From positions 1-29,370 of IMG/VR virus record IMGVR_UViG_3300045557_000079: a stretch of 29,370 bases of DNA, one strand, 5' to 3'. A program made the position numbers and the translations under genes. Below the pieces are notes generated by a model. It was not told the origin of the DNA, searched no databases, and worked only from the letters and a program-made list of their open reading frames with translations. The DNA is from a virus. Taxonomy: Duplodnaviria; Caudoviricetes. Positions 7,866 through 17,994 of this stretch are shown piece by piece; position 1 is the stretch's first letter; each line of letters begins with the position of its first letter.

Positions 7866-9296
7866 TTATCCTTTCCAGACAAGGCTAACATTACCGTTGT
7901 CCCTTGGCGCATAGGCAAAATCGTTAAAAAACAGGTTAATAAGGCACCGGAGGTTTTCCGCATAAACGACCGCATCCCCCGGGTTTCCAGTTGGGTTCGA
8001 TAAATACAGGGGCTTTGAAACAACCCCGTCTACCGATTCCAAAAAGGCGTATTCCGAATTGGACTGCTGGGTCTTAATGTCGCTTCCGCTCTCGCCCATC
8101 TCTATGATGCCCCCGGCAAATCGGATATATCGTTCCCTACCTGCAATCTCTTCTCCTAGGCTGATCCCTTGGGTTGTAAGTGCGGTGGCAAGGTCGTTGA
8201 TGGTCAGCGTGACTTTCTCCTGGTTTTTCTTGTTCACATCCGTCAAGGTTCTTACAGACTGTCCCAGGGTAATCACCGTATTGGCCGGATTTGTAATTGC
8301 AAGTTCCAGCTTTGTTAGCAGATATTCATCAAGGAGGTTATGCACTTCCGATGTGACTTTGATGTATTCACAAAAACCAAAAGAATCGATACTGGCGCCG
8401 GTGTAGGCCAGATCAAGGGCGGTGATTGCCAGAGTAAGCACAAGACCCTTATGGGAATCCAGGTACTCCTGGGCCTGGGCAAGAAGCGTGGGAGCCTGGG
8501 TAACTTCGTCCCAGGTGGTTTCAGCTACCGGTGCATAAATAAGCCCGTAGACTTCTGCCGCGTCCTCATCGATAATGTAGTCCACCCCTTTGATGCTTTC
8601 TACGGTAAGCCGCTCACTTGTTTCCGCTCCGTTTTCATCTTCCAGCTTGGCCCCAAGAGGAATGCAGGCGGTATAGAGCTCTTCTGCGGATAGTTCCCGG
8701 GAGAGATCCAAGATATTTTCCCCCAGGGCAATCTCCTGGCTCGCCTGTGCGGTAAAATCGCTGACCCAGTCCAGATAGTCGCCATCTTCTTCGTAGCGAA
8801 AGGATAGGTACCCTCCCTTGCTTCCCACCAGATCCAAAATCCGGCTTAATGATGTTTCGTAGTTTTCAAGGGCCCGGTAAATATCTCCTGTGACGTTTAT
8901 TGTCCCCGCCTGTATTTTTTGAACGTCCGTACACTGGGCATTGTGCCTGGCCAAGTAGGATGCAAGCACAGCGCCCGCCGCACCGTCATAGATTGCAGGC
9001 CTGATATAGGTATCTTCCAGTACCTTGAGCTTTCCCTCGCAGTAGATGGACCTGGTCTGATCAAGATTCAAAACATCATCAACAATCCGCCCTTTCCAAA
9101 TGGTGCTTCCGCTTTTCTTTACCACAATCTCCGGTTTTAGTTTGGCCAGGACGCTTGCATTCGGATGGGTTGGAAGAATCAAAAAGCGCAGGCTGCCTGC
9201 TGTGTTTACTTCCATAGTTAAAAGCACATCCAAAAGCTGGTAATCGGCCACGTCGCTATGAAGAAGATAATCATCGCAAAATATGGTGTACATCAA
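7866..9296 (-). CDS. tail tip / baseplate hub (Tal-like, prophage tail endopeptidase family)
   Basis: Position after Dit; 'EVNTAGSLRFLILPTHP', 'IWKGRIV', 'YCEGKL', 'TACIPLGA', 'TWDEVT'. Confidence 0.8.
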   Translation of the reverse strand: MMYTIFCDDYLLHSDVADYQLLDVLLTMEVNTAGSLRFLILPTHPNASVLAKLKPEIVVKKSGSTIWKGRIVDDVLNLDQTRSIYCEGKLKVLEDTYIRPAIYDGAAGAVLASYLARHNAQCTDVQKIQAGTINVTGDIYRALENYETSLSRILDLVGSKGGYLSFRYEEDGDYLDWVSDFTAQASQEIALGENILDLSRELSAEELYTACIPLGAKLEDENGAETSERLTVESIKGVDYIIDEDAAEVYGLIYAPVAETTWDEVTQAPTLLAQAQEYLDSHKGLVLTLAITALDLAYTGASIDSFGFCEYIKVTSEVHNLLDEYLLTKLELAITNPANTVITLGQSVRTLTDVNKKNQEKVTLTINDLATALTTQGISLGEEIAGRERYIRFAGGIIEMGESGSDIKTQQSNSEYAFLESVDGVVSKPLYLSNPTGNPGDAVVYAENLRCLINLFFNDFAYAPRDNGNVSLVWKG

Positions 9297-9916
9297 AGCG
9301 CCCCTTCCTGCCAGGTAAAGGTGATATCGCCAGTCCCCGTGATCGTCAGCTCGTTTTCCCCCTCATAAAGGGGAATCGCCGTTTGCTGATCGGAGACTGC
9401 ATCATAGGAGTAAATCACGCCATCTTTTTCAATGGTCATGGCAGCGGTTGTCGTAATCCTTGGGTAGGCCGTTTTGCGATCATTAACAAGAGTCACCGCA
9501 GCGGAAGTGGTAATGGATTCGGACTGCTCTGTCAGCTGGGTCTTGTATTTATATGGCTCACATAACAAAGAAACCTGGACATTTCCAAAGACCTCTCCTT
9601 TGCTGTAAGATACTGCGGCCCTGCCACGGTAGTAGTAGCCGGGATCCTTTGCAAAGGCAACCGTGGCCACCTTTCCGTGGACGGCTCCTGCAAAAGAGGT
9701 CATGACGGTTTCGAGAGTATCTTTATTCAGCGTTTTAAATTTCAGCTCCATTTTCCGATCAGCGTATTTGATCTCCCCCAGGGCTTCGGATAAGTCCGCG
9801 CTCCCATCACCATAGGGAATATTGATATAGTTTGTCTTGGGCTCTGGTTTTTCTATTTCCGTGGACTCCAAAATGAGGCCCCACACCTTGGCATTTATAT
9901 CATTAAAAGTAATCAT
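9293..9916 (-). CDS. distal tail protein (Dit)
   Basis: Directly after the TMP; 'PEPKTNYINIPYGDGSADLSEALG..Y.DR', 'DPGYYYRGR', 'CEPYKY', 'GENELTITG'. Confidence 0.8.
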   Translation of the reverse strand: MITFNDINAKVWGLILESTEIEKPEPKTNYINIPYGDGSADLSEALGEIKYADRKMELKFKTLNKDTLETVMTSFAGAVHGKVATVAFAKDPGYYYRGRAAVSYSKGEVFGNVQVSLLCEPYKYKTQLTEQSESITTSAAVTLVNDRKTAYPRITTTAAMTIEKDGVIYSYDAVSDQQTAIPLYEGENELTITGTGDITFTWQEGAL

Positions 9917-12016
9917 TTATCCCCTCCGAGCCAGCAACGCAAGTTCCCGGTTCAGCTTCGGCGCCAGCTTTCCAACCAAGGTCCCATCGCTTAGCACGAT
10001 GATGTGCTCTCCGTTTTTTGCGATTGTTTGAAGTGCCTCAAGAATGGCAGAAGATACGTTTGCACCAGAGCTTAAGAGTCCGCCGGTTACGGATTTTGCA
10101 TCCACCGCCATTTTTGCGCTGACATTTAAATCATCAAAGCTAGTTGGGATTGCCTTTTGCATATCCTTTTCTGCAGCGTCCATTGCCTCGGTAAAACCAA
10201 CGCCAATTCCTGCGCCCATGTTCTTACCGATTCCAGCAAACACCGTCGAGGGGGAATGGATCCCAAGAAGCCCTTTGACATCGGAGACGATACCGGATAA
10301 AAACCCGCTAACTTTGTCCTTGATCCAAGTGACCATAGAGCTGATTCCGGACCAAAGCCCCTCTATGATATTTTTGCCAACGTCCTTAATGGGGCCAATG
10401 CTGTCTTTCAAGCCCTTTACAATCCCGCTGATGATTTTAGGCCCTGCTGCAATCAGCTGGGGGATCGCCCGAATGAGCCCCGCTGCAAGGCCAACGATGA
10501 GAGTTAACGCTGCAGGGATCAAAAGGTCTATATTATCAATAAGGCCGTTCACAATCGCCATGACCGCCTTCACCGCCTCTGGAATGAGCTTTGGTAATGC
10601 TGCACCGATGCCAAGAGCAAGTGCCACGACAAGCTGCACCGCACCGTCCATGAGAAGAGGAAGATTTTCAACCAAGGCACTTACTATGGTCAATACCGCT
10701 TCCACAACGGTCGGGATCAGGCCAGGAAGCATCCCCGATATGGAGGCAACCACCTGGGTAAACAGGCTTGAAATTGCGGTAAGAAGCGTAGGAAGCAAAG
10801 TCCCTGCCGCCACCACCATGGCATCAATTGCAGTTGGCAGGGCCTCTACCAAGTTTTGAATAATAGGCGTAATGTTTTTTACAACATTTTGAAAGGCGCC
10901 CACTAGATTTCCTGTAAGCATGCCAATATCCGCATCAGAATTTCCAAGACCTGCCACCAGGTTCCCCCAGGCCGACTGAAAGGAGCTTAGGGAGCCTGCA
11001 ATGGTTTCTTCCGCTTCCTTTGCCGTCGTTCCCGCAATCCCCATGCTGTCTTGAATCACATGGATCGCAGACACCACATCCGCATAGGAGGACACATCAT
11101 AGGTGATTCCAGAGATGGCACTGGCGTCCGCAAGTAGCCGCTCCATTTCTGTTTTCGTGCCGCCGTAACCGAGCTTTAGGTTGTCCAGCATGGTGTAGTT
11201 CTGTTTGGCAAAGCCCTGGTATGCATCCTGGATGGAGCCCATATCCGATCCCATTTTATTGGCGTTATCCGACATGTCTGTAATGGCCATGTCCGCATAC
11301 TCGGCCGCCTTCTTGGTGTCTCCACCAAGGGACTGGATTAAACTTGCCGAAAATGAGGTGACGGTTTCCATGTAATCATTGGCAGACAGCCCCGCCGTCT
11401 TATATGCATTCGCGGCATACTCTTGGAGCTTTCCTGAAGATTCCTGAAAGAGGGTGTCAACGCCTCCCACAAGCTGCTCGTAATCCGAATAGGCAGAAAG
11501 GACCGACTTCACAAGGGCGACGGAGGTCGCAGCGGCCGCAATGACAACGGCGCCCATAGCTGCTCCCATCCCTTTTAATACGCCGCTAAGCCCTTCGAAT
11601 TTCCCTTTGGATTCCTCTGCAGCATCTCCGGAGTCACTAAGTTCATCCCCCATTTTATCTGCAGCGGTACCCGAGCTTGCAAGCTCTCTCTCCATGTTGT
11701 TTAGCTCGGCTTTCGCGTTATTTAGCTGCACCGCCCAGTTCTGGGTCCGTTTGTCGTTTTCACCAAAGGAATCCGAGGCGTTTTTGAGGGCACTTTCCAA
11801 GGTCAGGATTTTGCTTTTCTGGGCCTCGATAGATTTATTTAAAACCTCATTTTTGGCAGACAACGCCGTCACGGACTTGTCGTTTTTATCAAATTCTGAG
11901 GTGACCAGTTTCATCTCAGAGCCCAAGACCTTAAAGGACCTGTTCATATCTGAAAGGGCACTTTTAAATTGCTTTTCGCCTTCTATTCCTACTTTGAGTC
12001 CTACATCGGTAGCCAT
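9917..12016 (-). CDS. tape measure protein
   Basis: 699 aa, N-terminal coiled coil, 'AYQGFAKQNYTMLDNLKLGYGGTK', Ala/Leu-rich amphipathic repeats, 'LGIHSPS'. Confidence 0.92.
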   Translation of the reverse strand: MATDVGLKVGIEGEKQFKSALSDMNRSFKVLGSEMKLVTSEFDKNDKSVTALSAKNEVLNKSIEAQKSKILTLESALKNASDSFGENDKRTQNWAVQLNNAKAELNNMERELASSGTAADKMGDELSDSGDAAEESKGKFEGLSGVLKGMGAAMGAVVIAAAATSVALVKSVLSAYSDYEQLVGGVDTLFQESSGKLQEYAANAYKTAGLSANDYMETVTSFSASLIQSLGGDTKKAAEYADMAITDMSDNANKMGSDMGSIQDAYQGFAKQNYTMLDNLKLGYGGTKTEMERLLADASAISGITYDVSSYADVVSAIHVIQDSMGIAGTTAKEAEETIAGSLSSFQSAWGNLVAGLGNSDADIGMLTGNLVGAFQNVVKNITPIIQNLVEALPTAIDAMVVAAGTLLPTLLTAISSLFTQVVASISGMLPGLIPTVVEAVLTIVSALVENLPLLMDGAVQLVVALALGIGAALPKLIPEAVKAVMAIVNGLIDNIDLLIPAALTLIVGLAAGLIRAIPQLIAAGPKIISGIVKGLKDSIGPIKDVGKNIIEGLWSGISSMVTWIKDKVSGFLSGIVSDVKGLLGIHSPSTVFAGIGKNMGAGIGVGFTEAMDAAEKDMQKAIPTSFDDLNVSAKMAVDAKSVTGGLLSSGANVSSAILEALQTIAKNGEHIIVLSDGTLVGKLAPKLNRELALLARRG

Positions 12017-12032
12017 CTGCGCCCCTCCTTTC

Positions 12033-12245
12033 TTAATCCAGTCCCAGCGGCATCACATCATCAATAAAAACGGTACTCTTTGGATTTGACATTCCATGGT
12101 ACTGCTTGTGGCATTCCCAAAGATCGAGTAGAAGCCCCATTGGCATGAGCCAGGTCTCTTCCTCTGTCCTTCGAAGGTGTACCGTTCCGTAATATAAAAG
12201 CCGGGTAAATAACTCTGCGTCACTTACCTGGCTGATACGTTTTTT
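12033..12245 (-). CDS. tail assembly chaperone 'T' segment reached by -1 frameshift (gpGT-like)
   Basis: Open -1 frame (KKRISQVSDAELFTRLLYYGTVHL...WLMPMGLLLDLWECHKQ...LGLD*) beginning at the slippery A AAA AAC (12245-12239), just upstream of the TMP. Confidence 0.8.
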   Translation of the reverse strand, partial: KKRISQVSDAELFTRLLYYGTVHLRRTEEETWLMPMGLLLDLWECHKQYHGMSNPKSTVFIDDVMPLGLD

Positions 12246-12610
12246 GATGGTTCCTCTTCGCTTTTTATGTTTCGTGCCGTGCCTTTTTTCATGGCCTCCA
12301 TGATTGCCTCCTTATACTCCGACAGCTCAAGGGGCGAGGTCATAAGCTCCACATATTCTTCTGTAAGAAGCTCCTTTTGATCCCCGCTATTTTTCAGGTT
12401 ATGAATTAAAATCGCCTGATTCGCAAGGATTGTCACAAGCCATATCACAGAATCAAGCGCCACCTCAAAATTTTCTGCGCCCAAAAGCTCATCTCCAAGC
12501 TTTTCAAGGCCGCCGTATCTCTTGGCAATTTCCTTGGTGGCTCTTGTTGTCAGGATCATTTCATATTCCTGGCCATCCATCGTTATTTTCGCGCTGCGTT
12601 CCTGCTCCAT
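12224..12610 (-). CDS. tail assembly chaperone (gpG-like)
   Basis: 128 aa between the major tail protein and TMP genes, ending ...PSKNVSAR over the slippery site. Confidence 0.8.
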   Translation of the reverse strand: MEQERSAKITMDGQEYEMILTTRATKEIAKRYGGLEKLGDELLGAENFEVALDSVIWLVTILANQAILIHNLKNSGDQKELLTEEYVELMTSPLELSEYKEAIMEAMKKGTARNIKSEEEPSKNVSAR

Positions 12611-12626
12611 CTTCTACTCCTTTAGC

Positions 12627-13214
12627 TTATACCGGATATACAGGTTCATAGACCGCTGTAAACCAGCTGGTGATTGTGGCAGCAAGGACGCCCGTTCCAT
12701 CCTCATCCACAAGGGACCTCCATGGATAGCGGCCTTCATCATCCGGTTCGTGCCGGCGCACCACCGTTCCCACGATTTCCCCCGTCTTGAACGCAATGCT
12801 GTCACCTTTGGTTTCGTAATCTTCATCAGGAATTCCAAACACCGCCCGATAAAGCCACACGTAACGGTATTTGCCGTTTGCCTTCTTTGCGCGAAATCCG
12901 ATTGCAACTGCCGGCGCACTATCTCCTGATGCGGACACCAAAACGCCGTTATCATCAATCACTGCCCCAGTCAGGGCTGCTGCCATCTCCTGCCCGATAT
13001 CTTCAACGCCTAATGTGATGGTGCCGCTTTTAAACTCCTTGAGCGCATGGGCGACTCCGTCATCTGCATAAAGCATCCCTTCCGCAATTTCAACAGACAG
13101 CTTGGCTGAGATTGCCTTTGCTAAAAGTGCAGGGGTCCCGTACGTTTCGTATCCGGTTTCAGCTGCATCTGTGATAGTTGCGTAATAGAGCTTATCTAGT
13201 CCTATTGTTGCCAT
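12627..13214 (-). CDS. major tail protein (phi13-like family)
   Basis: 'MATIGLDKLYYA', 'LYADDG', 'VAIGFRAKKANGKYRYVWLY', 'TKGDSI'. Confidence 0.9.
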   Translation of the reverse strand: MATIGLDKLYYATITDAAETGYETYGTPALLAKAISAKLSVEIAEGMLYADDGVAHALKEFKSGTITLGVEDIGQEMAAALTGAVIDDNGVLVSASGDSAPAVAIGFRAKKANGKYRYVWLYRAVFGIPDEDYETKGDSIAFKTGEIVGTVVRRHEPDDEGRYPWRSLVDEDGTGVLAATITSWFTAVYEPVYPV

Positions 13215-13225
13215 AACTTACCTCC

Positions 13226-13645
13226 TTAAAGTAGTTTCTTCAGTTCTTCTTCCATGACCTTTGCCATTTCGTTTTTTGCCTTGCTCCGGGCAGCATTCAG
13301 CGCCGGGCGGATAAAGGGCTTCTTGCTTTGACGCGAGGTCCCGCTTTCCAGCGCTCTTGCTTTAAGCTGATTGGGCACTCCCTTTTTGTCATATCCATCA
13401 AACCCCAGGTGGGCATTTAAGTTGCCGTTTTTATCTTCTAAGATGGGCGTAATCCCAAAAGAAGCAGCCAGTTCCCCGGTTGCCTCTTCGGATACGACCC
13501 CTTCTAAATTGGACTTGATTTGATCCGCAATGATTCTGGAGCCGGCGTAGATGGCCTTTTTTGAAATTTCATCTGCACGGGACGCCGCTTTGGAAAGCTT
13601 GAGCGCAAACTCCTCTCCTGCAAAAACCCTTACTCCCGCCATCAA
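13226..13645 (-). CDS. HK97 gp10-like tail/neck component
   Basis: 'ALESGTSRQSKKPFIRPA' motif and position. Confidence 0.8.
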   Translation of the reverse strand: MMAGVRVFAGEEFALKLSKAASRADEISKKAIYAGSRIIADQIKSNLEGVVSEEATGELAASFGITPILEDKNGNLNAHLGFDGYDKKGVPNQLKARALESGTSRQSKKPFIRPALNAARSKAKNEMAKVMEEELKKLL

Positions 13646-13959
13646 ACCACCTCAAATGCCCATTCATAATGGATATATTCTGTCTCTCTTTCATGCTGCA
13701 CCGAGTTCAGGCGAAAGGAGATTCCCGCATTAAGTAGCGCAGTCTGAAGCTGGTCAATTACCGGGTCACCTTCTATTTTTGTAAAATAGTCTATGGTTCC
13801 TGTTATGACCTGGGACTGGAGTCTCCCATCAGCCCAGATCGCCTCCGCCTCGCCATCTTCCGCCCATACAATGTAATTTCCTGTCGCTCCTGAGGCGTCA
13901 AAGTGATAAACCTTCAGTGATACCGTCAGAAGCGCCGCCTTAACATCAGCTAATGTCAT
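13642..13959 (-). CDS. putative tail terminator / head-tail joining protein
   Basis: ~105 aa in the neck cluster ('YIVWAED', 'GTIDYFTK', 'YIHYEW'). Start chosen at ATG 13959. Confidence 0.6.
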   Translation of the reverse strand: MTLADVKAALLTVSLKVYHFDASGATGNYIVWAEDGEAEAIWADGRLQSQVITGTIDYFTKIEGDPVIDQLQTALLNAGISFRLNSVQHERETEYIHYEWAFEVV

Positions 13960-14278
13960 ACGCATCACCCAGCCTTTCCAGGGACAACTCCATGACCCTA
14001 AGTCCGTTGTCGTCTAATTTCAGTTGCACCTGTTCCACCCGGTACTGCTGATTATCAATCACGCATACTTGATCTGCCGTAACGTCCGCAGAATACCAAA
14101 TCCGAATGAGCCGCTCTATTCTGACCCTGTTTGCAAGGTGCGAGTTGTACCGGCTAAATCCGACAATACGCTCTTCAAACCAATGGGAAGAGCTGAGGAC
14201 AAGCATATATTTTGGCTTATCCCCAGCTTCCGATATGTTAGTCAGTGAATAAATAATGCCCTTTCCACTATCAAACAT
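13946..14278 (-). CDS. head closure / head-tail adaptor protein
   Basis: 110 aa after the connector; 'CVIDNQQYRVEQVQ'. Confidence 0.65.
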   Translation of the reverse strand: MFDSGKGIIYSLTNISEAGDKPKYMLVLSSSHWFEERIVGFSRYNSHLANRVRIERLIRIWYSADVTADQVCVIDNQQYRVEQVQLKLDDNGLRVMELSLERLGDAYDIS

Positions 14279-14555
14279 CCTCGGTCACCTCCATGATTTG
14301 AGAGACCAATTTGTTATTCAGCTCGCGTTGTAACATCTTGGTCAGTGCGCTATTCGGGTTTGCCCTTTGTCTGTATTTGCATGCGGCGTATGAAACAACA
14401 AGCCCAATGTCTTCATAGCCCTCGCCAAGAGTGATGCCCATCCGGGCAATCAACTCTTTGGCTTGAGCAATCAGAAAAAGTAGGTACTCTTCGTTATCAC
14501 TATGCAGGATTTCCAGGTCCTGCTTCAGCATGTTCAGAATCAATTCATCCTGCAT
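14271..14555 (-). CDS. head-tail connector (gp6/gp15-like)
   Basis: 94 aa directly after the capsid gene; 'LKQDLEI...EYLLFLI..A'. Confidence 0.7.
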   Translation of the reverse strand: MQDELILNMLKQDLEILHSDNEEYLLFLIAQAKELIARMGITLGEGYEDIGLVVSYAACKYRQRANPNSALTKMLQRELNNKLVSQIMEVTEDV

Positions 14556-14569
14556 AGCCTACCTCCTTA

Positions 14570-16225
14570 TCAGGCTTTGGGTATGGAAATAACTTTCCCG
14601 GATTTGATGACCTTGCTTGCAGCATCAAGCTCAACTACGGTAATCATCTTGCCGGCTTCCGCTGTGATCTGAGTGGTTCCAGATTCCAACGCAGTGTATC
14701 CAACAACGCTCATGCCCGTTGTAATGGTGTAATCACCAATCTTGTACTTCAGGGTCGTACCGGAGCTTTCCGTTCCGGTTACCGTAAGAACAGTATCACC
14801 AGACAAAGTTCCCGCTGCCGCTGTTACGCCAAGGACGCCAAGCTCAGTATTTGCGTAGTCGGTTTCAAAGGACTTCACCGTTACCGCAGAAGCGTTATTG
14901 ATATTCACAATGACAAATCCTGCTCCGATGACCGGTGCCCCGTCATATCTTGCAGTGCCTTTATATACCGTCTGGTCCTGCAGGAACCTCACATGCTCGG
15001 ACATGGCAAGCTGGGATCCTTCCCTCTCTACAAGAAGATACAAGGATCCAAATCCGCCGATGATATCGTTGTCCGGGATGAAGTCAAGCTCCACAATCTC
15101 GCCCCCTTCAATCGGCATCGTTCCCATTTGCCCGGCCACAATAGCACCGGAGGCATTAAAGGTGATGGACTTAGAAAGGATGGTCATTTTTGTCTTCCGG
15201 TTCATAGCCCAAAAGGTTCCGCCGGAGGCATAGTTCGGCGCTGCTACACCAAGGTTTAATACCAGAGCAGCAAAGAAGGCTTCCGGCGTCATACCGCTTG
15301 GATCAATCTTTAAAATGTTAGAGGTATGAAGGTCCGTCCACTCCGGTGCATTAAGACCCCAGGTCTCTGGCTTACTCGTTTGGGCGAGCCTTGTGGCGAT
15401 GCCAAGAGGCATCTTGGTGCCGGTTCCATAAAGGATTGCCTTGTCGATGGCAAGACCAATAGCTTGTCCCAGGGCGTCCATGATTTCAGAGGAAAGATTC
15501 AGATCGCTGTCCGCCAGAGTGGAATTGGGGATGGGAATAAACCCGCCGACTTTATAACCGTCCACCTCAATCTGGTGAAAGACAATCTCAAGCTCATTGA
15601 GGCTTGCAATGGCTTCCATCCAAACGCCCTCAGGCACAGTGCCGGAGATATTTTGTCTTGCTTTTCCCGTTACCGGTTTTAGCCTTATTTTAGTAATGAG
15701 CTTACTGTAGCGGTACATGTTGTCCCTCAGAAGCTCCAGTATGACTTCCGGAATCCCCAGCTCCGCTCCGGTAACGCCTCTACTTTGGGATCCGCCGAGC
15801 TCTCTTGCTCTTGCCAAAAATTCCTTGACGTCAGCTCTTTCAATAAAGGCATCCCGCTCCTCAGGTGCCATCCCGAAAAACTTTCTTGTGTTCATGCTTT
15901 TATGTTCTCCTCTCTTTGTGGCGATACGATCTGCGATGCGTTCAGGCCTTGTGGCACTTCGCTCCAGATCTTCGATTTCCGTTTCGATTCCCTTGATCTC
16001 ATTTTCAAGGGCGGTTGCCGCCTCTTCGCTGGCTTCCTTTTCCTGTTCAAAACTTGTGACAGCATCTTCCACCGCTTTCTTTTCTTCTTCGGTTTCTGCT
16101 TCTTCAATGGACTTTTCAAGTTCCGCTTCCCGGGCCAAAAACCCTTCCGATGTCTTTCGCAGGTCCGAAAGTTCCTTATTTTTTTCGCCAAGCTTTTTTC
16201 TCAGCATTAAAACTTTTAGAGCCAT
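14570..16225 (-). CDS. major capsid protein, HK97 fold, with N-terminal coiled-coil scaffold (delta) domain and extra C-terminal beta-rich domain
   Basis: 'IPEVILELLRDN', 'YKVGGFIPI', 'DKAILYGTG..MPLGI', 'DQTVYKGTARYDG', followed by ~110 extra Thr/Gly-rich residues. Confidence 0.92.
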   Translation of the reverse strand: MALKVLMLRKKLGEKNKELSDLRKTSEGFLAREAELEKSIEEAETEEEKKAVEDAVTSFEQEKEASEEAATALENEIKGIETEIEDLERSATRPERIADRIATKRGEHKSMNTRKFFGMAPEERDAFIERADVKEFLARARELGGSQSRGVTGAELGIPEVILELLRDNMYRYSKLITKIRLKPVTGKARQNISGTVPEGVWMEAIASLNELEIVFHQIEVDGYKVGGFIPIPNSTLADSDLNLSSEIMDALGQAIGLAIDKAILYGTGTKMPLGIATRLAQTSKPETWGLNAPEWTDLHTSNILKIDPSGMTPEAFFAALVLNLGVAAPNYASGGTFWAMNRKTKMTILSKSITFNASGAIVAGQMGTMPIEGGEIVELDFIPDNDIIGGFGSLYLLVEREGSQLAMSEHVRFLQDQTVYKGTARYDGAPVIGAGFVIVNINNASAVTVKSFETDYANTELGVLGVTAAAGTLSGDTVLTVTGTESSGTTLKYKIGDYTITTGMSVVGYTALESGTTQITAEAGKMITVVELDAASKVIKSGKVISIPKA

Positions 16226-16806
16226 TATTTCCCTCCTAGTTTCTTGCGCGTATCTTCACGCCATTTTTCAAGTTCTCTTCTTTTGATTTCTTCGTAGTCC
16301 CGCCTTCTTGCAGAAACGGTGGTCTCCTGATAGGCCGGGAATACGCAGGGTGAAATTTCCCATAAGGGGTTTACTTTTCGGATGGTCCAGTGACAGGTAC
16401 CGTCGCCGTTGTCACGAAACTCCTCGCTTTCTATGTCAAATCCAAAGGAGCACTGAGTGACATCACCGCGCTGGATGCGCGAATAAGCGTTCATGGCGTC
16501 ACTGTCTGCCCGATTGATTTTGATTTTTCCATATAGGCCGTAGCTGTCTTCCCGTAGTTCCACCGTCGCTGCAGACGTCCGGCCGAGAACGATGTTTTGG
16601 TCATGGTTATACAGCGCCCGCACATCCCCGGCAAGGGAATCCGAAAAGGCGCCTGGCGCGATGCTTTCAGTGGCACCGGGCCATAATTCGTAGATAGAAT
16701 TAAAGACCGCAAAATACCCTTCAAGGTATAAATCCCCTTCGCCGGTATCTTCCCTTTTTTCAATTTCCATGTTCAGGTTTCGTATTTGAAACTTGCTTCT
16801 TTCCAT
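16225..16806 (-). CDS. prohead maturation protease (HK97 family)
   Basis: 'LEGYFAVFN', 'ESIAPGAF', 'ALYNHD..VLGRT', 'CSFGF', 'EISPCVFPAY'. Confidence 0.92.
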   Translation of the reverse strand: MERSKFQIRNLNMEIEKREDTGEGDLYLEGYFAVFNSIYELWPGATESIAPGAFSDSLAGDVRALYNHDQNIVLGRTSAATVELREDSYGLYGKIKINRADSDAMNAYSRIQRGDVTQCSFGFDIESEEFRDNGDGTCHWTIRKVNPLWEISPCVFPAYQETTVSARRRDYEEIKRRELEKWREDTRKKLGGK

Positions 16807-17990
16807 TACGTTCCTCCGTTCTGATTCAATTTCTTCTGTTCAGAGATCATCCCGATGGGGATAAAGTTTTCCAAAATCACCAGCTCATCAAGCCCCGCCA
16901 TGGGCGGCATTCCAAGCCAGCCTCTTGCTTCATTTCCTGTCATGATTCCCCGCACAAAAAGCTCCTGGGCCACGCCGGATAAATCCTTGATGTCGTATGC
17001 GTAAAGGGCTCTTGGGTTAAATCTGAAATATAGATCCGGGGAGATTAATAGCTTGCGGGTCAGCTCCTGCTCAATTTCCTTTGCAATGGATAAGATGATG
17101 GTGTTTATAAAGTTGTTGTACTCATCCTTGTTGTAATCCCCGGCGCCCACCACAAAGGGCGGGACGTTAAAGATGCCGGCAACCGTCTTTTTATCCAGCG
17201 TCACCGCATCGTTTATGGCAAGGTCCTGAAGAGACAGAGGTGTCACCGTCTGGACATCGAGTAGCTCTGCAGGAATGACCCAGGGCTCCCCTGCCTCCTG
17301 GGAGGCGATGTACTCTTCCAAAAACTTTGATCGGCCCGTTTTTCCGGAAAACTCATCAGCCAGGGCATCTACCCGGACAATCACAGATGGCTTCCACTTG
17401 GACTCCATGAATCCCTTTTTGGTCGCAGCCGCCTGCTTCAGGTTTTGGACAATGTCCTTTAACACGACTCTGTTTCCCTGGCCCAGCCATGCCCTCTCCG
17501 GATCAGGGTTCATGACAAAGTGAAGAAGGTTCATAGGATCAAAGGTGTCGCTCCCGTAGCGAATCCGGTACGAATCTCCCCTTTCCAAAAAGCTCACCCG
17601 GGAGGGTTTCATTGGCACCAGGCTCTCAATCAGACCCTTGTCTGTTTTGGGATAAACTACGCAGTTTCCCTCAAGGAGTAAGGTCTTTACAATGCCATAG
17701 ATAAAGGTCTTACGGGTCATATCTAAATTAGGCGAAATGTCTATCTTCTTTGAGAGTTCATTTTGGATCCGGATATCCCCATTGGCCGTATTTTTCATCA
17801 GGTGAATCGTCATGGAAGATACCAGGTCCGCTATTTTGCCTACCGCCATCTGCACTTCCGGATTATCCGAAAGCCGGGTATAGCCGTTTACACAAAGGGT
17901 CTCGTAGGCGTCAGAGGTGGTAATCCATGATGAAATCGTTTCTCTTTTTTGGCTGGGCTTGGCCCTACTGTTATTTGGTCTTTTTTTCAT
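16806..17990 (-). CDS. portal protein (HK97 family)
   Basis: '[22 protein letters not shown]', '[13 protein letters not shown]', '[11 protein letters not shown]'. Start moved to ATG 17990 (SD GAGGAG). Confidence 0.92.
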   Translation of the reverse strand: MKKRPNNSRAKPSQKRETISSWITTSDAYETLCVNGYTRLSDNPEVQMAVGKIADLVSSMTIHLMKNTANGDIRIQNELSKKIDISPNLDMTRKTFIYGIVKTLLLEGNCVVYPKTDKGLIESLVPMKPSRVSFLERGDSYRIRYGSDTFDPMNLLHFVMNPDPERAWLGQGNRVVLKDIVQNLKQAAATKKGFMESKWKPSVIVRVDALADEFSGKTGRSKFLEEYIASQEAGEPWVIPAELLDVQTVTPLSLQDLAINDAVTLDKKTVAGIFNVPPFVVGAGDYNKDEYNNFINTIILSIAKEIEQELTRKLLISPDLYFRFNPRALYAYDIKDLSGVAQELFVRGIMTGNEARGWLGMPPMAGLDELVILENFIPIGMISEQKKLNQNGGT

Positions 17991-17994
17991 GTAA

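Noticed and set aside
5484-9296. Diversity-generating retroelement or invertible tail-fibre cassette
   Set aside because: No reverse transcriptase or invertase in the window and no TR/VR-like duplicated segment noticed.
10044-16286. Long + strand ORFs opposite the TMP and capsid genes (e.g. 10044-10859, 11541-12089, 15717-16286)
   Set aside because: Antisense shadows of well-supported genes, with no SD or motifs.
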